A stretch of DNA of 32,000 nt from positions 3,600,001-3,632,000 of the forward strand of contig NC_014972.1 of NCBI RefSeq assembly GCF_000186885.1, written 5' to 3'. The DNA is from Desulfobulbus propionicus DSM 2032 (GTDB lineage Bacteria; Desulfobacterota; Desulfobulbia; Desulfobulbales; Desulfobulbaceae). This document shows, piece by piece, positions 25,935 to 32,000 of this stretch (the stretch's first letter is position 1; each line of letters begins with the position of its first letter). Under the pieces are notes generated by a model that worked only from the letters and a program-made list of their open reading frames with translations, ran no database searches and was not told where the DNA came from. The position numbers and the translations under genes are program-made.

Positions 25935-27151
25935 ACCATCCGTTCGGCCACGGAGACGGTCAGTTCGCCGAGCATGTTGGTGTAGCTGCCCAGTTCGTTG
26001 TCATACCAGCCGTAGATAACCGCCTGGGTCAGGGGAACCTCAAGAATGGGCGAAGCGGAGCCGATATCGCACTTGAGGTTCTTCAGATTCTGCAGATTGA
26101 CCCGGATGGAGGCGGTGCGGGTGTGGGTTTCCGAGGACTCGATCACCACTGCGGCCCGCGGCATGCCGATGATATCGGACGAAACGTTCTGTTCCGCCGA
26201 ATAAACCAGATATGGGCTGGTTTTGGCGTATTCCTCATAGATCGAATTCAGCAGGCTGCGTTTGATCGGATTGTCGAGTTCATCCTGAAGGTTGAGCACC
26301 AAGACGATCAGCGAGCCGCTCGAGGTTGGAATGCGGACCGACTCGGCGATGAAACCGATGGATTTCATCTCCGGAATGACCAGCCCCAGGGCCTTGGCCG
26401 CGCCCGTGGTGGTGAGGATGATGTTGTTGAGAATCGAACGGTTTTTGCGCAGGTCGGTGGCCCCGCTGCCCGGCAGGCGATCGAGCACCTGCTGGGTACC
26501 GGTGGCCGCGTGGACCGTGACCATGGAGGCGGACAGCATCCGCTCGGCGCCGAAGTGGTCGAGCAACGGCTTGATCATGTACGACAGGCAGGTGGTGGTG
26601 CAGGAAGCGGCGGAAATGATGTTGTGCCGGGAGGGATCGTAATCGTCATCGTTGATCCCCATCACCGTGGTCACGGCATCCTCGGGCATGTCCAACCCCT
26701 TGGCCTGAATCTTGAAAGGCGCGGACACCAGTACTTTTTCCGCTCCGGCCTGAAGATGGCCTCGGACCGACCCCTTGCCTTCGGCCGGGTCGGCGGTCGG
26801 ATCCTTGAACACACCGGTACTGTCGACCACCAGCCGCACCTGGTTGCCCTGCCAGTCGATATCCTTGGGGTTGCGCGCCTTGCGGAGAAAGGTGACCGGC
26901 ACGCCGTTGATGGTCATCGTGCCCTGCTCCTCGTTCAGGTTTTCGATCACCCGTCCGCCCTTGTGGCCATGCAGATACATGCTGAGACGACCGTAGGTGG
27001 AATCCTTTTCAATGGCGGCGGCGATGTCCGTCAGCCCCGCCCCGACGTTTCTGCCGAGATTGACCACGATCTCGGAGAAATACTGGCGGGAGACATGATG
27101 CCACAGGGTGAGTTTACCGATGCGTCCAAGACCATTGAGCCCGAGTTTCAT
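25931..27151 (-). CDS. gap: Glyceraldehyde-3-phosphate dehydrogenase
   Basis: LGLNGLGRIGKLTLW, SAASCTTTCLS catalytic Cys; start chosen at MKLGLNG. Confidence 0.93.
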   Translation of the reverse strand: MKLGLNGLGRIGKLTLWHHVSRQYFSEIVVNLGRNVGAGLTDIAAAIEKDSTYGRLSMYLHGHKGGRVIENLNEEQGTMTINGVPVTFLRKARNPKDIDWQGNQVRLVVDSTGVFKDPTADPAEGKGSVRGHLQAGAEKVLVSAPFKIQAKGLDMPEDAVTTVMGINDDDYDPSRHNIISAASCTTTCLSYMIKPLLDHFGAERMLSASMVTVHAATGTQQVLDRLPGSGATDLRKNRSILNNIILTTTGAAKALGLVIPEMKSIGFIAESVRIPTSSGSLIVLVLNLQDELDNPIKRSLLNSIYEEYAKTSPYLVYSAEQNVSSDIIGMPRAAVVIESSETHTRTASIRVNLQNLKNLKCDIGSASPILEVPLTQAVIYGWYDNELGSYTNMLGELTVSVAERMV

Positions 27152-27416
27152 GGGGGGATTCTCCTTTGCGGTTGGATTATGGGAAAGAACTTGGTATATG
27201 CCGGGAAGCATGCGCCGCCTCTTGACCCTGGAGGGAATGGCGCATTTCAATTAAATATAATTATATCAAAAAACAGGAAAGGATAAAACATCAGCGTGCA
27301 GCAGGTGCGGCCTTCGTGGCTGCATGCGTTGTCGAGGATGCTAAGCTACATGATTCGGGCGAGAATTACCAGCCCATCGCCGAGTTTCTCCCAGATTTTC
27401 CTTTGCCCCCGGTGCG

Positions 27417-28160
27417 GTGCCCAAACCGCTCGCCGCCGAGGCCGCTGACCCCTCCTTTGCCATGCTCTTGCCCACCCCCTGCCAAACCGGCACCCTCATC
27501 AAACGGTACAAACGGTTTCTTGCCGACATCTGCCTTGACGACGGCCAAACGCTGACCGTGCACTGCCCCAACTCCGGCTCCATGCGCGGCTGCTCCACAC
27601 CCGGAAGCGCGGTGTTGATCAGCCGCTCCGAGAACAGCAAACGCAAATACGCCTGGACCTTGGAAATGGTGCGGGAACAGGGGATTTGGGTCGGTATCCA
27701 TACCGGTCGCACCAATGGTCTGGTCCGCGAGGGGCTGGAAAACGGGGTGATCGACGATTTCGGACCGTTGCGGACCATCACCCCGGAGGTCCGGGTCTCA
27801 GACCGGAGCCGGCTGGACTTCCTCCTGAAGGGCGACCGGGGCACCTCCTACGTGGAAGTGAAGAACTGTTCACTGGCGGAAAAGGGGGTCGCCTTCTTTC
27901 CCGATGCGGTCACCAGCCGCGGGGCCAAACACCTGCATGAACTGGTCCGTTTGGCCGAGGCCGGGCACGGCGCGGCGGTGCTGTTCTGCGTCCAGCGCGG
28001 CGACGCCTTCTGCTGCAAACCGGCGGCCCACATCGACCCGGTGTATGCCCAAACCGTTGTCTGGGCAGCGGACCGAGGAGTCCGCTTTCTCGCCTACCAG
28101 GCGGCGGTGAGCCCGCAGGCCATCATCATCACCCACCGGATTCCTTTTTCCCTTACCTAA
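27417..28160 (+). CDS. sfsA: DNA/RNA nuclease SfsA
   Basis: VHCPNSGSM, YVEVKNCSLA, FPDAVTSRGAKHL. Confidence 0.95.
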   Translation: MPKPLAAEAADPSFAMLLPTPCQTGTLIKRYKRFLADICLDDGQTLTVHCPNSGSMRGCSTPGSAVLISRSENSKRKYAWTLEMVREQGIWVGIHTGRTNGLVREGLENGVIDDFGPLRTITPEVRVSDRSRLDFLLKGDRGTSYVEVKNCSLAEKGVAFFPDAVTSRGAKHLHELVRLAEAGHGAAVLFCVQRGDAFCCKPAAHIDPVYAQTVVWAADRGVRFLAYQAAVSPQAIIITHRIPFSLT

Positions 28161-28178
28161 GCGACCAACGGACGTCCC

Positions 28179-28868
28179 ATGAACGAACGACAAGCGGTGG
28201 TGCTGCTCAGCGGCGGCCTCGATTCCACCACGGTTTTGGCCATCGCCCAATCTTTGGGCTTTACCTGCAACTGTCTCAGCTTCCAATACGGCCAGCGACA
28301 GTCGGTCGAACTGGACCGTGCCCGGGTCATCGGCCGTCTTGCCGGGGTGGCGCGGCACCTGGTGCTGCGAGTCGATCTCGACGCCATCGGTGGCTCGGCC
28401 CTGACCACGGCGATCGAGGTGCCCAAGGACCGGCCGTTGAACGAGATGGAACAGGATATCCCGGTTACCTATGTGCCTGGGCGCAATATTCTTTTTCTGG
28501 CGCACGCCCTCTCCTGGGCCGAGGTTCTGGGCGTTTCGGACATCTTTCTTGGCATCAACGCGGTCGACTACAGCGGTTATCCGGACTGCCGGCCTCAATT
28601 CCTCCAGGCCTTCGAGCAGATGGCCAATTTGGGCACCAAGGCGGGGACCACCGGCAGACCTTTTCGTCTGCATGCGCCGCTCATTCAGTTGAGCAAGAAG
28701 GAGATCATTCTCAAGGGAATGGAACTGGGAGTGGACTACAGCCTGACCCACAGCTGCTACGATCCGGCGGGGGACAAGGCGTGCGGCCGCTGTGACGCCT
28801 GCCAGCTCAGGCTGCAGGGATTTCGCGAGGCTGGATTGATCGATCCGGCCCCCTACGTGCAGCGATAA
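28179..28868 (+). CDS. queC: 7-cyano-7-deazaguanine synthase
   Basis: AVVLLSGGLDSTTVLAIA, C-terminal CysX2Cys zinc site CGRCDACQLR. Confidence 0.97.
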   Translation: MNERQAVVLLSGGLDSTTVLAIAQSLGFTCNCLSFQYGQRQSVELDRARVIGRLAGVARHLVLRVDLDAIGGSALTTAIEVPKDRPLNEMEQDIPVTYVPGRNILFLAHALSWAEVLGVSDIFLGINAVDYSGYPDCRPQFLQAFEQMANLGTKAGTTGRPFRLHAPLIQLSKKEIILKGMELGVDYSLTHSCYDPAGDKACGRCDACQLRLQGFREAGLIDPAPYVQR

Positions 28869-28879
28869 GCCGCAACGGT

Positions 28880-30160
28880 TCAGGCGGGCAGGCTGTGGCG
28901 GATCGTGCCGCCAACCATGGTCAGCACGGCCCGTCCCTGCAGGGTCCAGCCGAGGAACGGAGTATTGCGGCTCTTGGACATCACTTGGTCGGCGGTATAG
29001 ACAAACTCGCGCTGTGGATCGATCACGGTCAGGTCCGCCGCCAGCCCCGGGGTGAGCGAACCGGCCGGAAGGCCGAGAATGGCCGCCGGTTTGACCGCCA
29101 GCAATTCCACCAGCCGCCGCGCATCGATCACCCCGTCACGCACTAGGGCCAGGGTTAGGGGAAGGGCCGTCTCCAAGCCGATGATCCCGTTGGCTGCCGC
29201 ATCGAACTCCAGCTCTTTTTCCAGGATGGAGTGGGGCGCATGGTCGGTGGCGATGGCATCCAGGGTGCCGTCGGCCAGGGCGGTGCGGATCGCTTCCCGG
29301 TCGGCCGCCGAGCGCAGGGGCGGGTTCATCTTGGTGTTGGTGTCGTAGCCGATCACCGCCTCATCGGTGAGGGTGAAGTAGTGCGGCGCGGTCTCCGCGG
29401 TCACTCGCACCCCCCGTGCCTTGGCCGCGCGGATCAGCTCGATCGACATGGCGGTGCTCACGTGGGCGATATGAACCCGCGCGCCGGTGAACTCGGCCAG
29501 GGCGATTTCGCGGTAGACCATGATCGATTCGGCCGCGGTGGGAATGCCCTTGAGGCCAAGCAGAGTGGAGACCGGCCCCTCGTTCATCACCCCGGTGCTC
29601 AACGAGGGTTCCTCACTGTGCGCAATTACCGGCAGGCCGAAATCAGAGGCGTATTCCAGGGCCCGGCGCATCAACTGACTGTCACGCACAGGTCGGCCGT
29701 CATCGCTGACCGCGACCACCCCAGCCGCCCGCATCTCGCCGAACTCGGCCAGTTGCTTGCCGTCGCTGCCCAAACTGATGGCGCCCACCGGATGAACCCG
29801 GACCGCCGCCTCGCGGGCTCGGGTCAGGATCATAGCGGTGACGGTGGCATTGTCGTTCACCGGCTTGGTGTTGGGCATGCAGGCCACGCCGGTGAAGCCG
29901 CCGCAGGCCGCCGACCGGGCGCCAGACAGAATATCTTCCTTGTATTCCTCGCCCGGTTCGCGCAGATGGACATGCATGTCAATCAGGCCCGGGACCACCC
30001 AGCAGCCCGAGGCGTCAAGCTCCTGCACGTCGGGAGGCACGGGCTGGTCCGGCGCGCCGATGCGGCCGTCGATCACCAGCAGGTCGGCGATTTCGTCTCG
30101 TGAGTTGGCCGGATCGATAATCCGGCCGTTGCGTATGCGCCAGGTCGTGTTCATCGGCAA
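28880..30160 (-). CDS. pyrC: Dihydroorotase
   Basis: PGLIDMHVHLREPGEEYKED, IATDHAPH. Confidence 0.97.
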   Translation of the reverse strand: MPMNTTWRIRNGRIIDPANSRDEIADLLVIDGRIGAPDQPVPPDVQELDASGCWVVPGLIDMHVHLREPGEEYKEDILSGARSAACGGFTGVACMPNTKPVNDNATVTAMILTRAREAAVRVHPVGAISLGSDGKQLAEFGEMRAAGVVAVSDDGRPVRDSQLMRRALEYASDFGLPVIAHSEEPSLSTGVMNEGPVSTLLGLKGIPTAAESIMVYREIALAEFTGARVHIAHVSTAMSIELIRAAKARGVRVTAETAPHYFTLTDEAVIGYDTNTKMNPPLRSAADREAIRTALADGTLDAIATDHAPHSILEKELEFDAAANGIIGLETALPLTLALVRDGVIDARRLVELLAVKPAAILGLPAGSLTPGLAADLTVIDPQREFVYTADQVMSKSRNTPFLGWTLQGRAVLTMVGGTIRHSLPA

Positions 30161-30212
30161 CAGGCCTCGGAAAAACGGAAAGGAAGAAAGGATCGGAGCA
30201 GCGGCCGGGCCA

Positions 30213-31145
30213 TCAGGAATTGCCCATGACCAGATACAGCAAGGCCATGCGTACCGCCACGCCGTTGGTCACCTGATCAAGGATCACCGATTGGGGTCCG
30301 TCGGCCACGTCGGGATTGAGTTCCACCCCTCGGTTGACCGGACCGGGATGCATCACCAGGGCATCCGCCTTGGCCAGGGACAGAACCTGGCGGGAAATAC
30401 CGAACTGTCGCGAATACTCGCGCAGGGAGGGCAGCAGCGGATCGTTCTGCCGTTCGCGCTGGATGCGCAGGGCCATGACCACGTCGGCACCGCGAACCGC
30501 CTCTTCGAGCGAGGTGCAGACCTTGGCCCCCAGATGCTCGATGCCTTGGGGAATCAAGGTCCTGGGGCCGTAGAGGTGCACCTCCGAGCCCATGCGGGTG
30601 AAGCCGACGATGTCGGACCGGGCTACCCGGCTGTGGGTGATGTCGCCAATGATGGCGATTTTCAGACCGCTCAGGGTGCCCCGGCGCTCCTTGACGGTCA
30701 TCATGTCCAGCAACCCCTGGGAGGGATGCTCATGGGCGCCGTCGCCGGCGTTGATCACCGCCGCCCGCACGTGGCGGCTAAGCAGCAGCGGCGCCCCAGA
30801 GCAGGCATGGCGGATGATGATGATGTCCGGATGCATGGCCGAGATGTTGCGGGCGGTGTCGGCCAGGGTTTCCCCCTTGGTGGTGCTGCTGGTCGAGGGA
30901 CTGATATTGAAGGTATCAGCGCTCATCCGCTTGGCCGCCACCTCGAACGAGAGGCGGGTGCGGGTCGAGGGCTCGAAGAAGAGGTTGATGATCGTGTGGC
31001 CGCGCAGGGTCGGCACCTTCTTGATCGGCCGGGCCGAGATCTCCTTGAACGAGTCGGCGGTGGTGAGGATATGACTGATATCCTCGCGGGACAGCTGTTC
31101 AATACCCAGGATGTGGCGGTGCAGGAAAGAGTAGCCGGTTGCCAT
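30213..31145 (-). CDS. pyrB: Aspartate carbamoyltransferase catalytic subunit
   Basis: [31 protein letters not shown]; start set at [11 protein letters not shown]. Confidence 0.96.
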   Translation of the reverse strand: MATGYSFLHRHILGIEQLSREDISHILTTADSFKEISARPIKKVPTLRGHTIINLFFEPSTRTRLSFEVAAKRMSADTFNISPSTSSTTKGETLADTARNISAMHPDIIIIRHACSGAPLLLSRHVRAAVINAGDGAHEHPSQGLLDMMTVKERRGTLSGLKIAIIGDITHSRVARSDIVGFTRMGSEVHLYGPRTLIPQGIEHLGAKVCTSLEEAVRGADVVMALRIQRERQNDPLLPSLREYSRQFGISRQVLSLAKADALVMHPGPVNRGVELNPDVADGPQSVILDQVTNGVAVRMALLYLVMGNS

Positions 31146-31159
31146 GCTGCCTCCAGCGG

Positions 31160-31882
31160 TCAATGAACGATATCGCCAAGCCGACTCCAGCGGATGGAAC
31201 GAAGCCGGTCCAATGAAAACAGGGACTGCTGCACATCCCACGACCAGTAGATCATCCAGGCCTTGCCGCGAACCGCCTTGAGATCGACAAAGCCCCAGAA
31301 ACGGCCGTCAAAGGAGTTGTCCCGGTTGTCGCCCATGGCGAAGATCTTGCCTGCGGGCACCGTGACCGGACCGAAATTGTCACGCGGATCAAGGCTGGCG
31401 GGGTGAACCAACGGGTCGAGGAACACCCCGTGACGGTCGTCGAACGGCTTGCCGTTGATGAAGATTTTCTTGTCGCGGATCTCGACCGTGTCCCCACCCA
31501 CCGCGATCACCCGCTTGATATAGTCGAGCGACGGATCTCGGGGAAATTGGAACACCACGATGTCGTTGGCCTTGGGCGTGCTGATCGGAATGAGGGTGGT
31601 TCCGGTGAACGGCATCTTGATACCGTAGATGAACTTGCTGACCAGGATGTGGTCACCGATCTGCAGGGTCGGCAGCATCGACCCCGAGGGGATTTTGAAC
31701 GCCTGGATGACGAAGGTGCGGATCACCAGGGCGAGGACAACGGCGATGATGATGGCCTCGATGTTTTCCCGGATCGCGGATTTCTTGGGCTGTTGGGGGG
31801 TATCTGCCACGAATGTGCCTGTAAGTAGAGAGCAAAGTTGAAAAATTTTGCCAAGGCTACCCGATGGGCCGATAAAATTCAA
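31160..31882 (-). CDS. lepB: Signal peptidase I
   Basis: [59 protein letters not shown]. Confidence 0.96.
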   Translation of the reverse strand: MNFIGPSGSLGKIFQLCSLLTGTFVADTPQQPKKSAIRENIEAIIIAVVLALVIRTFVIQAFKIPSGSMLPTLQIGDHILVSKFIYGIKMPFTGTTLIPISTPKANDIVVFQFPRDPSLDYIKRVIAVGGDTVEIRDKKIFINGKPFDDRHGVFLDPLVHPASLDPRDNFGPVTVPAGKIFAMGDNRDNSFDGRFWGFVDLKAVRGKAWMIYWSWDVQQSLFSLDRLRSIRWSRLGDIVH

Positions 31883-32000
31883 GCAGGTTTTGCCGGGAAT
31901 CTCCGGTGAATATCCCTAGGGCTTCGCCCCAATTCGGGTATACTGTGGGTATTTGAAACAAGACCGGTAGCTTGACCTTTCCCTCATCCTCCAAGGAGTG

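Noticed and set aside
25469-27286. 605-aa plus-strand ORF
   Set aside because: Antisense to gap and rimI, no recognisable domain, low-complexity GC-rich composition; shadow ORF
29838-31166. 442-aa plus-strand ORF (and 29231-30103)
   Set aside because: Antisense to pyrB/pyrC, which are unambiguous
1-32000. CRISPR array, rRNA genes, retron or DGR
   Set aside because: No regularly spaced repeats with unique spacers, no rRNA sequence, and no reverse-transcriptase motifs were seen in any listed ORF

Overview
Bacterial (GC-rich, probably desulfobacterial-type; taxonomy inferred only from gene content) chromosome segment in three parts. (1) 1-4029: the end of an unidentified membrane-anchored protein, then a DUF2162-type transporter, a MotA/TolQ/ExbB channel, a DUF2149 protein and a TonB-dependent receptor, which looks like a dedicated TonB energisation/uptake operon. 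It is followed by a small CxxC protein and hldD with a clear terminator. (2) About 5.9-23.0 kb: a decayed, composite genomic island abutting the 3' end of a tRNA-Leu(GAG). It contains a truncated TraD/TraG-type coupling protein fused to a 5'-truncated IS21 istA, a 3'-truncated istB fused to an antisense remnant of a tyrosine recombinase, an IS3-family element with recognisable TIRs and a -1 frameshift signal, an Mrr-like type IV restriction enzyme, two tandem paralogous small proteins with a conserved leader, a divergent MobA/MobL-like relaxase candidate preceded by nested inverted repeats, an IHF/HU protein, a flavodoxin/ferredoxin protein, an AbiEi-like plus frameshifted nucleotidyltransferase pair, a VapC split by a (GAGAC)4 tandem repeat with a VapB-tailed 329-aa partner, and a C-terminally truncated integrase. 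(3) 23.0-32 kb: ordinary core genes (tRNA-Leu, secG, tpiA, pgk, rimI, gap, sfsA, queC, pyrC, pyrB, lepB). The strongest second-look items are the pentanucleotide repeat that switches the vapC reading frame, the small paralog pair with matched ~76-nt leaders, and the relaxase-like gene with its oriT-like upstream structure.
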